Origin: Escherichia phage sutha | Length of the DNA: 64,000 nucleotides | Direction: 5' to 3' (one strand) | Sequence record: PV245934.1 | Shown: positions 11,512-22,041 of the stretch, one piece after another | Numbering within the stretch: position 1 is the first letter of the stretch | Layout: every line of letters starts with the position of its first letter | Translations under genes and position numbers: made by a program | The notes under the pieces: generated by a model | What the model was told of the DNA's origin: nothing | Seen by the model: the letters and a program-made list of their open reading frames with translations, nothing else | The model's database searches: none

Positions 11512-13020
11512 ATGGATATTAAAGTACATTTTCACGACTTCAGTCATGTACGCATCGATTGTGAAGAGAGCACGTTCCACGAATTAAGAGATTTCTTTTC
11601 GTTTGAGGCCGATGGATATAGGTTTAATCCTCGCTTCAGATATGGCAACTGGGATGGACGAATCCGTCTTTTAGATTATAATCGTCTTCTTCCGTTTGGT
11701 TTAGTCGGGCAAATTAAAAAGTTCTGTGATAACTTTGGCTATAAAGCCTGGATTGACCCACAAATTAACGAAAAAGAAGAATTATCAAGAAAAGATTTTG
11801 ATGAATGGCTTTCTAAATTAGAAATCTATTCAGGAAATAAAAGAATTGAACCACATTGGTATCAAAAAGATGCAGTGTTCGAAGGATTAGTTAATCGTCG
11901 TAGAATTCTTAATCTTCCAACATCTGCAGGTAAATCTTTAATTCAAGCTTTGCTTGCACGTTATTATTTGGAAAATTATGAAGGTAAAATTCTTATCATT
12001 GTTCCAACAACTGCTCTGACAACTCAGATGGCTGATGACTTTGTTGACTATCGTTTATTCAGTCATGCAATGATAAAGAAAATCGGTGGTGGAGCATCAA
12101 AAGATGATAAATATAAAAATGATGCGCCAGTCGTTGTTGGTACATGGCAAACTGTAGTAAAACAGCCGAAAGAATGGTTCTCACAGTTTGGAATGATGAT
12201 GAATGATGAATGCCATCTTGCTACAGGAAAAAGTATTTCATCTATCATATCAGGTTTAAATAACTGTATGTTTAAATTTGGTTTGTCCGGTTCATTACGC
12301 GATGGCAAAGCCAATATCATGCAGTATGTTGGAATGTTCGGTGAAATATTTAAGCCAGTAACGACTTCTAAATTAATGGAAGATGGGCAAGTAACTGAGT
12401 TAAAAATTAATAGTATTTTTCTTCGCTATCCCGATGAGTTCACTACTAAATTAAAGGGAAAAACTTACCAAGAAGAAATAAAAATTATTACTGGGCTCAG
12501 TAAAAGAAATAAATGGATCGCTAAATTAGCTATTAAACTTGCACAAAAAGATGAAAACGCTTTTGTCATGTTTAAACACGTATCGCACGGTAAAGCTATT
12601 TTCGATTTAATTAAAAATGAATACGATAAAGTTTATTACGTATCAGGGGAAGTTGATACCGAAACACGCAACGTAATGAAAACCCTAGCTGAAAACGGTA
12701 AAGGAATAATTATAGTAGCTAGTTATGGTGTATTTTCTACTGGTATTTCAGTTAAAAATCTGCATCACGTTATTTTAGCACACGGTGTTAAATCTAAAAT
12801 TATTGTATTGCAAACAATAGGTCGCGTATTACGTAAGCATGGTTCTAAAACAATCGCAACGGTCTGGGACCTCATTGATGATTGCGGTGTTAAGCCAAAA
12901 TCTGCTAATACGAAAAAGAAATACGTTCATTTGAATTATCTTTTAAAACACGGCATTGATCGTATTCAGCGATACGCAGATGAAAAATTTAATTACGTAA
13001 TGAAAACAGTTAATTTATAA
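11512..13020 (+). CDS. uvsW: UvsW RNA-DNA and DNA-DNA helicase
   Basis: 502 aa; SF2 helicase motifs (Walker A PTSAGKS, DECH box MMMNDECH); T4 UvsW size. Confidence 0.93.
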   Translation: MDIKVHFHDFSHVRIDCEESTFHELRDFFSFEADGYRFNPRFRYGNWDGRIRLLDYNRLLPFGLVGQIKKFCDNFGYKAWIDPQINEKEELSRKDFDEWLSKLEIYSGNKRIEPHWYQKDAVFEGLVNRRRILNLPTSAGKSLIQALLARYYLENYEGKILIIVPTTALTTQMADDFVDYRLFSHAMIKKIGGGASKDDKYKNDAPVVVGTWQTVVKQPKEWFSQFGMMMNDECHLATGKSISSIISGLNNCMFKFGLSGSLRDGKANIMQYVGMFGEIFKPVTTSKLMEDGQVTELKINSIFLRYPDEFTTKLKGKTYQEEIKIITGLSKRNKWIAKLAIKLAQKDENAFVMFKHVSHGKAIFDLIKNEYDKVYYVSGEVDTETRNVMKTLAENGKGIIIVASYGVFSTGISVKNLHHVILAHGVKSKIIVLQTIGRVLRKHGSKTIATVWDLIDDCGVKPKSANTKKKYVHLNYLLKHGIDRIQRYADEKFNYVMKTVNL

Positions 13021-13033
13021 GGGCTTCGGCCCT

Positions 13034-13276
13034 TTGGAGAAAAAGATGTTACTAGAATTTAAACAATTTCTTTATGAAGCTTCTATTGATGAATTTATGG
13101 GTAAAATTGCCTCTTGTCAAACATTAGAAGGTCTAGAAGAACTTGAAGCTTATTACAAGAAAAGAGTTAAAGAAACTGAATTAAAAGATACTGATGACAT
13201 CTCTGTGAGAGATGCTTTGGCAGGAAAAAGAGCTGAATTAGAAGATTCAGACGATGAAGTAGAAGAAAGCTTTTAA
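13034..13276 (+). CDS. UvsW.1 small acidic protein
   Basis: 80 aa ORF directly after uvsW, as T4 uvsW.1. Confidence 0.75.
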   Translation: MEKKMLLEFKQFLYEASIDEFMGKIASCQTLEGLEELEAYYKKRVKETELKDTDDISVRDALAGKRAELEDSDDEVEESF

Positions 13277-13330
13277 ATTAAAAAGGCCCAACCAAAAAGG
13301 AAGGGCCAAAACTATAGACTAAAGGTCACA

Positions 13331-13498
13331 CTATAGCAAAAGTTGTGTTTCATTTAATTGTTCTTCCGAACTTTCTGAAACTGGTAGTTCTTTAATGTAA
13401 TTATAACAAGGCCCAGGATGTACAGGACCTTTGTCTGTTTCAACAACCAATGCAGAATCGATTGGAGTTTTACAGACAACACAAATCTTATCTGACAT
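13331..13498 (-). CDS. small Cys-containing protein (uvsY.-2 position)
   Basis: 55 aa ORF found by hand (MSDKICVVCKTPIDS...), below the 60-aa track cutoff. Confidence 0.5.
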   Translation of the reverse strand: MSDKICVVCKTPIDSALVVETDKGPVHPGPCYNYIKELPVSESSEEQLNETQLLL

Positions 13499-13526
13499 GA
13501 TTGTCTCCTCTAAATTATATATCTAT

Positions 13527-13751
13527 TTATATAACTCTCATATGCATATCAATGCCCATATCTTTAGAATAAAAATATTCATCAAGATATCCGGCAAATT
13601 TTCCTTTAACATAAAGTACATCTTCACCGCATGGATGGTCAGCCAGGATACGAATATCCTGACGCTTGAGATTATACTTTTTCATTAAGAATTGAATTTC
13701 CGTTTCAAATTCTTCTTCATAATTAAAAGCATCATCAATGCTATATCTCAT
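13527..13751 (-). CDS. hypothetical protein (uvsY.-1 position)
   Basis: 74 aa, start overlaps uvsY stop (ATGA). Confidence 0.65.
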   Translation of the reverse strand: MRYSIDDAFNYEEEFETEIQFLMKKYNLKRQDIRILADHPCGEDVLYVKGKFAGYLDEYFYSKDMGIDMHMRVI

Positions 13752-14164
13752 TATTTTCCAGCCTCAAATGCTCGCATGTCTTGAATATGCTTAATAGCAA
13801 ATCCGCGTGATTTAATAGCATCAAGAGCTCCGCTACAGAAATCTAATAAAATTCCCCAATATTGTAATGAAGTATCAACTTTTAAAACATCCTTATCAGC
13901 TGATAGAACTGTCTTCATTTCTGATTTCTCATAACGGTCCATACTAAATTCATCACCATCTCCTCGTCCCGAGTAGTAGTCTAATTTAGCTTTAAGAGCA
14001 ACTTTTTTCTGCGCTTCAATTCTAAGCATTTCCTTTTTAATACTTGAATGCTTATTAAGCCATTTACTATATAACATTACGTTATTAGCTGCTTCATACT
14101 GTAATTTAGTCGAATCTATAAACACATCTTTCTTCAATTCTTCTTGAAGATCTTCTAATCTCAT
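13751..14164 (-). CDS. uvsY: UvsY recombination mediator protein
   Basis: 137 aa; MRLEDLQEELKKDVFIDSTKLQYEAANNVMLYSKWLNKH matches T4 UvsY by recall. Confidence 0.95.
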   Translation of the reverse strand: MRLEDLQEELKKDVFIDSTKLQYEAANNVMLYSKWLNKHSSIKKEMLRIEAQKKVALKAKLDYYSGRGDGDEFSMDRYEKSEMKTVLSADKDVLKVDTSLQYWGILLDFCSGALDAIKSRGFAIKHIQDMRAFEAGK

Positions 14165-14204
14165 ATTGTTCTCTATTCAATTGTTATTGGATGGACTTAG
14201 ATTC

Positions 14205-14232
14205 ATTATACCACGTTTATACGTGAAGCATT
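14205..14232 (-). promoter_or_regulatory. MotA-dependent middle promoter of uvsY (MotA box AATGCTTCA + TATAAT), coincident with T4 ori(uvsY)
   Basis: On minus strand AATGCTTCA, 13-bp spacer, TATAAT, ~40 bp upstream of uvsY ATG. Confidence 0.6.
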
Positions 14233-14629
14233 ATACTCTGTTACTGGAAGCTAGTTGTAGTTTTATCTGCTCAATATCATCAGGGTTATCGATGACCGAA
14301 AAGCGTATTTCTACTATCAGAGTATAATCATCATAAACTGGTATTACATTAACTGCTAATTTATCAATACGTGGCTCGTAGTTTCTTACTGCGCTTTCAA
14401 TGTTACGCTCAACAGTATCAGCAGTAAGAGGAGTCATATTCTCAAAAAGCTGATCAGATAAATCACATCCAAATTCCGGGTCAAATGGTCTCGACCCTTT
14501 TCTGGTTGTAATAATTCCCAAAAGGCTATTTTTAATTGACCTTAATCCAAGAGATCTAGAAACATCTTTGTCCCAATCCATTTTCATTTCTGGGTCAATG
14601 TCAGAATAAAGCTTATTAATATTTGCCAT
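14231..14629 (-). CDS. 25: baseplate wedge protein gp25
   Basis: 132 aa; [28 protein letters not shown] matches T4 gp25 by recall. Confidence 0.93.
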   Translation of the reverse strand: MANINKLYSDIDPEMKMDWDKDVSRSLGLRSIKNSLLGIITTRKGSRPFDPEFGCDLSDQLFENMTPLTADTVERNIESAVRNYEPRIDKLAVNVIPVYDDYTLIVEIRFSVIDNPDDIEQIKLQLASSNRV

Positions 14630-15255
14630 TACAATAGCTCAAAGAATTCTTTGAGTCCTCTTATTACATGAGCGTGAGATTTTCCACACTCTGGACATTT
14701 AATTGGAACAGCCAAATAAACAGTAGGCTTTAAAAGCATATCTTTTATAGCTACAATATCTGACTCTGTGATGATAGAATATAAATCTTCCAACTCTTTT
14801 TCATTCAAGTCTTCAATTGGAATGCTTTCACCGTTAGCATGAATCGTTTCTATACATGATACTATCATGTGGGCTATATTTTTATCATCAAAAATTTTAG
14901 GGTAATGGAACTTAATTTTAATGTCACCCAGTGTATACCAGAGGTCTTCTGGTGCATCTATTTGTGTATGTAATAGATTTATATGGGTTGGTATTTCAGT
15001 TCCGCAGGTGCACTTCCAGGAGTTTTCGTGATTAACTTCTCCAAGAGAATGCGCCCATAAATGAATCAACAGTAGTTCTGATTCTTGGCGGTTTAAATCT
15101 TTTGCATTTGTGCATTCTTTGATTAGCTTTTTAACGTTCTCTTCTACTGAACCGTTCTTTTTAGCAGTAATAAGTTCTAGATATTCTTTAAGAGTAAATG
15201 CGCGACAGTTGATTATTTTAGAACCAACTCTCACATCAAATTTGTATTCATACAT
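14629..15255 (-). CDS. 26: baseplate hub protein gp26
   Basis: 208 aa, overlaps gene 25 start; T4 gp26 size and position. Confidence 0.88.
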   Translation of the reverse strand: MYEYKFDVRVGSKIINCRAFTLKEYLELITAKKNGSVEENVKKLIKECTNAKDLNRQESELLLIHLWAHSLGEVNHENSWKCTCGTEIPTHINLLHTQIDAPEDLWYTLGDIKIKFHYPKIFDDKNIAHMIVSCIETIHANGESIPIEDLNEKELEDLYSIITESDIVAIKDMLLKPTVYLAVPIKCPECGKSHAHVIRGLKEFFELL

Positions 15256-15276
15256 ATTTAGCTCCTTTATTTATCA

Positions 15277-15288
15277 TATTTATAAATA
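15277..15288. promoter_or_regulatory. divergent overlapping late promoters (TATAAATA on both strands) for genes 26 and 51
   Basis: Plus TATAAATA at 15281-15288 and minus-strand TATAAATA (plus tatttata) at 15277-15284 in the 50-bp divergent intergenic region. Confidence 0.6.
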
Positions 15289-15305
15289 GAATAAAAGGAG
15301 CATCT

Positions 15306-16055
15306 ATGGCAAACATTATTCGTTGTAAATTACCAGATGGTGTTCATCGTTTTAAACCATTTACGGTAGAAGATTATCGAGATTTTTTGTTAGTTCGAAA
15401 CGATATAGAACATCGGTCACCACAAGAACAAAAAGAAATAATTGCTGATTTAATTGCTGATTATTTTGGAGACTATCCGAAGACTTGGCAACCATTTATA
15501 TTTTTGCAGGTATTTGTAGGGTCAATAGGTAAAACTAAAGTACCGGTTACATTTGTATGTCCAAAATGTAAAAAAGAAAAGACAGTTCCATTTGAAATAT
15601 ATCAAAAAGAATTAAAGGAACCTGTTTTTGATGTAGCTAATGTTAAAATTAAATTAAAGTTTCCTTCTGAGTTTTATGAAAATAAAGCAAAGATGATTAC
15701 TGAAAATATTCATTCCGTTCAAGTAGATGAAATGTGGTATGATTGGAATGAAATTAGCGAATCAAGTCAAATAGAACTTGTTGATGCCATCGAGATAGAA
15801 ACATTAGAAAAAATTCTCGATGCAATGAATCCTATTAATTTAACGCTACACATGTCCTGTTGTGACAAGTATGTAAAAAAATACACTGATATAGTAGATG
15901 TATTTAAGCTATTAGTTAACCCAGATGAAATATTTACTTTTTATCAAATTAATCACACACTCGTAAAAAGTAATTATAGCTTAAATTCAATAATGAAAAT
16001 GATTCCTGCCGAGCGCGGATTCGTATTAAAACTGATTGAGAAGGATAAACAATAA
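15306..16055 (+). CDS. 51: baseplate hub assembly catalyst gp51
   Basis: 249 aa, T4 gp51 size and position. Confidence 0.88.
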   Translation: MANIIRCKLPDGVHRFKPFTVEDYRDFLLVRNDIEHRSPQEQKEIIADLIADYFGDYPKTWQPFIFLQVFVGSIGKTKVPVTFVCPKCKKEKTVPFEIYQKELKEPVFDVANVKIKLKFPSEFYENKAKMITENIHSVQVDEMWYDWNEISESSQIELVDAIEIETLEKILDAMNPINLTLHMSCCDKYVKKYTDIVDVFKLLVNPDEIFTFYQINHTLVKSNYSLNSIMKMIPAERGFVLKLIEKDKQ

Positions 16056-17230
16056 TGAGTATGTTGCAACGCCCCGGATATCCAAATCTCAGCGTTAAAT
16101 TATTTGATAGCTACGACGCTTGGAGTAATAATAGATTTGTTGAATTAGCTGCTACTATTACTACATTAACTATGCGGGATTCTCTTTATGGACGAAATGA
16201 AGGAATGCTGCAGTTTTATGATTCTAAAAATATCCACACAAAAATGGATGGAAATGAAATAATTCAGATTTCTGTAGCTAATGCAAACGATATTAATAAT
16301 GTTAAAACAAGAATTTATGGATGTAAGCATTTTTCCGTGTCAGTAGATTCAAAGGGTGATAACATCATTGCTATTGAATTGGGAACTATTCATTCTATAG
16401 AAAATCTTAAATTTGGCAGACCGTTTTTCCCTGATGCAGGTGAATCTATAAAGGAAATGCTTGGCGTCATTTATCAAGATCGCACATTATTAACTCCAGC
16501 AATAAATGCTATAAATGCTTATGTTCCTGATATTCCGTGGACTAGTACATTTGAAAACTATTTATCGTATGTTAGAGAAGTTGCTCTAGCTGTAGGAAGT
16601 GACAAATTTGTGTTTGTGTGGCAAGACATCATGGGAGTTAACATGATGGACTATGATATGATGATAAATCAAGAACCGTATCCAATGATTGTCGGTGAGC
16701 CATCTTTAATAGGTCAATTCATCCAAGAATTAAAATATCCATTAGCATATGATTTCGTTTGGTTGACTAAATCGAATCCTCACAAACGTGACCCAATGAA
16801 AAACGCTACTATCTATGCGCATTCATTTTTAGATTCTTCATTGCCAATGATTACTACAGGAAAGGGCGAAAACTCTATTGTAGTGTCAAGGTCAGGTGCT
16901 TATTCTGAAATGACTTATAGGAATGGATATGAAGAAGCTATTCGTCTTCAAACTATGGCACAATACGATGGCTATGCTAAATGTTCTACTGTCGGTAATT
17001 TTAACTTGACACCTGGCGTTAAAATTATTTTTAACGATAGTAAAAACCAATTTAAAACAGAATTTTACGTTGATGAAGTCATCCATGAATTATCAAATAA
17101 TAATTCAGTAACTCATCTATATATGTTCACTAATGCAACGAAACTGGAAACAATAGACCCAGTTAAGGTTAAAAATGAATTTAAATCTGATACTACCACT
17201 GAAGAAAGTAGTTCTTCCAATAAGCAATAA
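16055..17230 (+). CDS. 27: baseplate hub protein gp27
   Basis: 391 aa, T4 gp27 size and position. Confidence 0.92.
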   Translation: MSMLQRPGYPNLSVKLFDSYDAWSNNRFVELAATITTLTMRDSLYGRNEGMLQFYDSKNIHTKMDGNEIIQISVANANDINNVKTRIYGCKHFSVSVDSKGDNIIAIELGTIHSIENLKFGRPFFPDAGESIKEMLGVIYQDRTLLTPAINAINAYVPDIPWTSTFENYLSYVREVALAVGSDKFVFVWQDIMGVNMMDYDMMINQEPYPMIVGEPSLIGQFIQELKYPLAYDFVWLTKSNPHKRDPMKNATIYAHSFLDSSLPMITTGKGENSIVVSRSGAYSEMTYRNGYEEAIRLQTMAQYDGYAKCSTVGNFNLTPGVKIIFNDSKNQFKTEFYVDEVIHELSNNNSVTHLYMFTNATKLETIDPVKVKNEFKSDTTTEESSSSNKQ

Positions 17231-17708
17231 AGAAGTTTCTATTCCTAAAATGGGTCTTAAACATTATAACATTTTAAAGGATGTTAAAGGTCCTGATGAA
17301 AATTTAAAACTTCTTATTGATTCTATTTGTCCGAATTTATCACCGGCAGAAGTTGATTTCGTTTCCATTCATTTATTGGAATTTAATGGAAAGATTAAAT
17401 CTCATAAAGAAATAGATGGTTATACTTATGACATTAATGATGTTTATGTATGCCAAAGATTAGAATTTCAATACCAAGGAAATACATTTTATTTTAGACC
17501 GCCTGGAAAATTTGAACAATTTTTAACTGTGAGCGATATGTTATCCAAATGCTTGCTTAAGGTCAATGATGAAGTTAAAGAAATTAATTTTCTTGAGATG
17601 CCAGCATTCGTTTTAAAATGGGCAAATGATATTTTTACAACTTTAGCAATTCCTGGCCCTAATGGTCCAATAACCGGAATTGGCAATATTATTGGATTAT
17701 TTGAATGA
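17175..17708 (+). CDS. 28: baseplate hub distal subunit gp28
   Basis: 177 aa, overlaps gene 27 3' end in another frame; T4 gp28 size. Confidence 0.8.
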   Translation: MNLNLILPLKKVVLPISNKEVSIPKMGLKHYNILKDVKGPDENLKLLIDSICPNLSPAEVDFVSIHLLEFNGKIKSHKEIDGYTYDINDVYVCQRLEFQYQGNTFYFRPPGKFEQFLTVSDMLSKCLLKVNDEVKEINFLEMPAFVLKWANDIFTTLAIPGPNGPITGIGNIIGLFE

Positions 17709-19477
17709 AAAAGCCACAAGAAATGCAAACGATGCGTAGAAAAGTTATTTCAGATAATAAACCAACACAGGAAGCGGCTAAATCCGCTTCTAACACTTTA
17801 TCTGGACTTAACGATATATCTACGAAATTGGATGATGCTCAAGCTGCTTCTGAGTTAATTGCTCAAACTGTCGAAGAAAAATCGAATGAAATAATTGGAG
17901 CAATTGATAACGTAGAAAGCGCAGTGAGTGATACTACTGCCGGTTCTGAGTTAATTGCTGAAACCGTTGAAATTGGCAATAATATTAATAAAGAAATCGG
18001 TGAATCACTCGGGAGCAAATTAGATAAATTAACAAGTTTACTAGAGCAAAAAATTCAGACAGCTGGAATTCAACAAACAGGAACTAGTTTAGCCACGGTT
18101 GAAAGCGCTATTCCTGTTAAAGTTGTTGAGGACGATACAGCTGAATCTGTGGGTCCTTTATTACCGGCTCCTGAAGCAGTTAATAATGATCCTGATGCTG
18201 ATTTTTTCCCTACCCCTCAGCCAGTCGAACCTAAACAAGAATCTCCAGAAGAAAAACAGAAAAAAGACGCATTTAACTTAAAATTATCTCAAGCTTTAGA
18301 TAAATTAACAAAGACTGTTGATTTCGGATTTAAGAAATCTATTTCAATTACTGATAAAATATCAAGCATGCTATTTAAGTATACCGTCAGTGCTGCTATT
18401 GAAGCTGCTAAAATGACTGCAATGATATTGGCTATTGTTGTTGGAATAGATCTACTGATGGTTCACTTTAAATATTGGTCAGATAAATTTTCAAAAGCCT
18501 GGGATTTATATAGTACTGATTTTACTAAATTCTCTAGCGAAACCGGAACATGGGGTCCTTTATTACAGAGCATCTTTGATTCTATTGATAAAATTAAACA
18601 ACTTTGGGAAGCGGGAGATTGGGGTGGATTGACAACAGCTATCATAGAAGGACTTGGAAGTGTTCTTTTTAATTTAGGAGAGCTTATTCAATTAGGTATG
18701 GCTAAATTATCTGCAGCAATTCTTCGAGTCATTCCTGGTATGAAGGATACTGCTGATGAAGTAGAAGGAAGAGCATTGGAAAATTTCCAAAATTCTACTG
18801 GAGCATCTCTCAATAAAGAAGACCAGGAAAAAGTTGCAAATTATCAAGATAAACGAATGAACGGAGACCTTGGTCCGATAGCAAAAGGATTAGATAAAAT
18901 TGCTAATTGGAAAACTCGTGCATCTAACTGGATTCGTGGCGTTGATAATAAAGAAGCACTAACTACCGACGAAGAACGCGCAGCAGAAGAAGAAAAATTA
19001 AAGCAACTTTCACCAGAAGAAAGAAAAAATGCTTTAATGAAGGCTAATGAAGCTCGGGCCGCGATGATTCGTTTTGAAAAATATGCTGATTCAGCTGATA
19101 TGAGTAAAGACTCGACAGTTAAATCAGTTGAAGCTGCCTATGAAGACCTTAAAAAACGGATGGATGACCCGGATTTAAATAATTCACCGGCAGTTAAAAA
19201 AGAACTTGCTGCTAGATTTTCTAAAATTGATGCTACTTATCAAGAGCTCAAGAAAAATCAGCCTAATGCCAAACCTCAAACTTCTGCTAAATCGCCAGAA
19301 GCAAAACAAGTCCAGGTAATAGAAAAGAACAAAGCACAGCAAGCTCCTGTTCAACAAGCATCTCCTTCGATCAATAATACTAATAATGTTGTTAAGAAAA
19401 ATACTGTCGTTCATAATATGACACCCGTAACGAGCACGACTGCTCCTGGTGTATTTGATGCGACTGGAGTTAATTAA
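17705..19477 (+). CDS. 29: baseplate hub / tail length determinator gp29
   Basis: 590 aa, ATGA overlap with gene 28; T4 gp29 size. Confidence 0.92.
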   Translation: MKKPQEMQTMRRKVISDNKPTQEAAKSASNTLSGLNDISTKLDDAQAASELIAQTVEEKSNEIIGAIDNVESAVSDTTAGSELIAETVEIGNNINKEIGESLGSKLDKLTSLLEQKIQTAGIQQTGTSLATVESAIPVKVVEDDTAESVGPLLPAPEAVNNDPDADFFPTPQPVEPKQESPEEKQKKDAFNLKLSQALDKLTKTVDFGFKKSISITDKISSMLFKYTVSAAIEAAKMTAMILAIVVGIDLLMVHFKYWSDKFSKAWDLYSTDFTKFSSETGTWGPLLQSIFDSIDKIKQLWEAGDWGGLTTAIIEGLGSVLFNLGELIQLGMAKLSAAILRVIPGMKDTADEVEGRALENFQNSTGASLNKEDQEKVANYQDKRMNGDLGPIAKGLDKIANWKTRASNWIRGVDNKEALTTDEERAAEEEKLKQLSPEERKNALMKANEARAAMIRFEKYADSADMSKDSTVKSVEAAYEDLKKRMDDPDLNNSPAVKKELAARFSKIDATYQELKKNQPNAKPQTSAKSPEAKQVQVIEKNKAQQAPVQQASPSINNTNNVVKKNTVVHNMTPVTSTTAPGVFDATGVN

Positions 19478-19485
19478 GGAATAAT

Positions 19486-20580
19486 ATGGCAATTGTTAAA
19501 GAAATAACTGCTGATTTAATTAAAAAGTCCGGTGAGAAAATTTCAGCCGGACAGAGTACTAAATCAGAAGTAGCAACTAAAACATACACTGCCCAGTTTC
19601 CAACTGGGCGTGCTAGTGGTAATGACACTACAGGGGACTTCCAGGTAACAGATCTATATAAGAATGGATTATTATTTACTGCATACAATATGTCATCTAG
19701 GGATTCTGGAAGTCTTAGATCGATGAGATCTAACTACTCTTCTTCATCTTCGAGTATTTTAAGTACAGCTAGAAACACTATTAGTAGTACAGTATCAAAA
19801 CTATCAAATGGATTAATATCAAACAATAATTCAGGAACAATAAGTAAAGCTCCTGTCGCAAATATTCTTTTACCGAGATCTAAATCTGATGTTGATACAT
19901 CATCACATAGATTTAATGATGTTCAAGAAAGTCTTATCAGTAGAGGCGGAGGTACTGCTACTGGCGTGCTAAGTAATATTGCTTCAACTGCAGTATTTGG
20001 GGCACTGGAAAGTATAACGCAAGGTATAATGGCTGATAATAATGAACAGATTTATACGACAGCCAGAAGTATGTATGGCGGTGCTGAGAATAGAACTAAA
20101 GTGTTTACATGGGATTTGACTCCACGTTCAACAGAAGATTTGATGGCTATTATCAATATCTATCAATATTTTAACTATTTTTCTTATGGTGAAACGGGCA
20201 AATCTCAATATGCTGCTGAAATAAAGGGGTATTTAGATGATTGGTATCGTTCTACATTAATTGAACCTTTATCTCCGGAAGACGCGGCTAAAAATAAAAC
20301 ACTATTTGAGAAAATGACATCGAGTTTAACTAACGTTCTAGTAGTTTCAAACCCGACAATTTGGATGGTGAAAAACTTTGGTGCAACATCTAAGTTTGAT
20401 GGAAAAACGGAAATATTTGGCCCATGTCAAATACAGAGCATCAGATTTGATAAAACACCTAATGGTAACTTTAATGGATTAGCTATTGCTCCAAACCTCC
20501 CTAGTACATTTACTCTTGAGATTACTATGAGAGAAATTATCACGTTAAACCGTGCTTCTTTATATGCGGGGACTTTTTAA
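19486..20580 (+). CDS. 48: baseplate tail tube cap gp48
   Basis: 364 aa, T4 gp48 size and position. Confidence 0.9.
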   Translation: MAIVKEITADLIKKSGEKISAGQSTKSEVATKTYTAQFPTGRASGNDTTGDFQVTDLYKNGLLFTAYNMSSRDSGSLRSMRSNYSSSSSSILSTARNTISSTVSKLSNGLISNNNSGTISKAPVANILLPRSKSDVDTSSHRFNDVQESLISRGGGTATGVLSNIASTAVFGALESITQGIMADNNEQIYTTARSMYGGAENRTKVFTWDLTPRSTEDLMAIINIYQYFNYFSYGETGKSQYAAEIKGYLDDWYRSTLIEPLSPEDAAKNKTLFEKMTSSLTNVLVVSNPTIWMVKNFGATSKFDGKTEIFGPCQIQSIRFDKTPNGNFNGLAIAPNLPSTFTLEITMREIITLNRASLYAGTF

Positions 20581-21500
20581 TGTATTCTTTAGAGGAATTT
20601 AATAATCAAGCAATAAACGCAGATTTCCAACGTAATAATATGTTTAGCTGCGTTTTTGCGACAACTCCATCAACTAAAAGCTCTTCGTTGATAAGTTCAA
20701 TTAGCAACTTTTCTTATAATAACTTGGGTCTAAATTCAGATTGGTTAGGATTGACTCAAGGCGATATTAATCAGGGAATTACCACGCTAATTACTGCTGG
20801 CACACAAAAACTGATAAGAAAATCAGGGGTTAGTAAATATCTTATTGGTGCCATGAGTCAACGTACAGTTCAAAGTTTATTGGGCTCATTTACAGTTGGT
20901 ACATATTTAATTGACTTCTTTAACATGGCATATAACTCATCTGGATTGATGATATATTCTGTAAAAATGCCAGAGAATAGATTATCCTATGAAACTGACT
21001 GGAACTATAATTCTCCTAATATTCGTATAACTGGGAGAGAATTAGACCCTTTGGTTATTTCATTTAGAATGGATTCAGAAGCTTGTAACTATCGTGCAAT
21101 GCAAGACTGGGTTAACGCTGTTCAAGACCCAGTAACTGGATTGCGTGCTTTGCCACAAGATGTCGAGGCAGATATTCAGGTTAATCTTCATGCTCGTAAT
21201 GGATTACCTCATACTGCGGTGATGTTCACTGGATGCATTCCAGTGTCAGTGAGCGCTCCTGAGTTATCATATGATGGAGATAACCAAATAACTACATTTG
21301 ATGTTACTTTTGCGTATAGAGTCATGCAGGCTGGGTCGGTTGATAGACAAGCTGCGCTTGAGTGGCTTGAATCTGCTGCTATAAACGGTATTCAAAGCGT
21401 TCTCGGAAATAGTGGAGGTGTTACTGGATTATCTAATTCGCTTTCACGACTTAGTAGATTAGGGGGAACTGCTGGAAGCATTTCCAACATTATACTATGA
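20580..21500 (+). CDS. 54: baseplate tail tube initiator gp54
   Basis: 306 aa, TAATG overlap with gene 48, position as T4 gene 54. Confidence 0.88.
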   Translation: MYSLEEFNNQAINADFQRNNMFSCVFATTPSTKSSSLISSISNFSYNNLGLNSDWLGLTQGDINQGITTLITAGTQKLIRKSGVSKYLIGAMSQRTVQSLLGSFTVGTYLIDFFNMAYNSSGLMIYSVKMPENRLSYETDWNYNSPNIRITGRELDPLVISFRMDSEACNYRAMQDWVNAVQDPVTGLRALPQDVEADIQVNLHARNGLPHTAVMFTGCIPVSVSAPELSYDGDNQITTFDVTFAYRVMQAGSVDRQAALEWLESAAINGIQSVLGNSGGVTGLSNSLSRLSRLGGTAGSISNIIL

Positions 21501-21548
21501 CGGGAATTGTCAACTCGCAAAGTAAAATATTAGGAGCAATATAACAAT

Positions 21549-21566
21549 GGGGACCTTTCGGTCCCC
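21549..21566. terminator. bidirectional terminator GGGGACC-tttc-GGTCCCC
   Basis: Perfect 7-bp stem followed by T-run, between convergent gene 54 and the minus-strand ORF. Confidence 0.7.
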
Positions 21567-21573
21567 ATATTTT

Positions 21574-21864
21574 TTATTTACGGAATGAAATAAAAGCAGC
21601 AACTGAAGCAACTAAACTGTCTTCAATATAAACTTCAATTTTTACCGGAGCTTCTGACTCAAATTTACCTGTTACTACACCTTGGAAAATACTTTCAGTC
21701 TGTTCTGGCTTTGAAAAATTTTCAGAAGGAAAAATTCCGAACTTTTTATCTGTTCCAAAAATTTTGATAAATTCGTCGTAAACCGCTTCATTAAAAGCGT
21801 TATCAGCAGGAATAACGCCTTCAACTACGAGTTCTTGACCTAAAAAGCGCAAAGAAGATTTCAT
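21574..21864 (-). CDS. hypothetical early protein downstream of alt
   Basis: 96 aa ORF with early promoter and GAGGA Shine-Dalgarno upstream. Confidence 0.7.
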   Translation of the reverse strand: MKSSLRFLGQELVVEGVIPADNAFNEAVYDEFIKIFGTDKKFGIFPSENFSKPEQTESIFQGVVTGKFESEAPVKIEVYIEDSLVASVAAFISFRK

Positions 21865-21895
21865 TTTATGTTCCTCATGTTATGTCAGTAAATCT

Positions 21896-21925
21896 ACTAT
21901 AACACAACACGAGGGACTTGTAAAC
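21896..21925 (-). promoter_or_regulatory. T4-type early promoter (GTTTAC -35 with downstream A/T-rich -10)
   Basis: Minus strand GTTTAC-AAGTCCCTCGTGTTGTGT-TATAGT; part of a 54-bp block repeated at 35725-35778. Confidence 0.65.
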
Positions 21926-22041
21926 TACATTTTGAACTTTTTAGACATTCCGTTGACGTTAACCAAAGAAGCCAAGATTTGAGAAACTTCGTTTTCCTCT
22001 TCTTTTGATTCTTCTACAAGGAATTGGTTAAATCCAGTCAT
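21925..22041 (-). CDS. small hypothetical protein, 38 aa
   Basis: Hand-found ORF MTGFNQFLVEESKEEENEV... with ATGA overlap onto the alt stop; below track cutoff. Confidence 0.35.
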   Translation of the reverse strand: MTGFNQFLVEESKEEENEVSQILASLVNVNGMSKKFKM

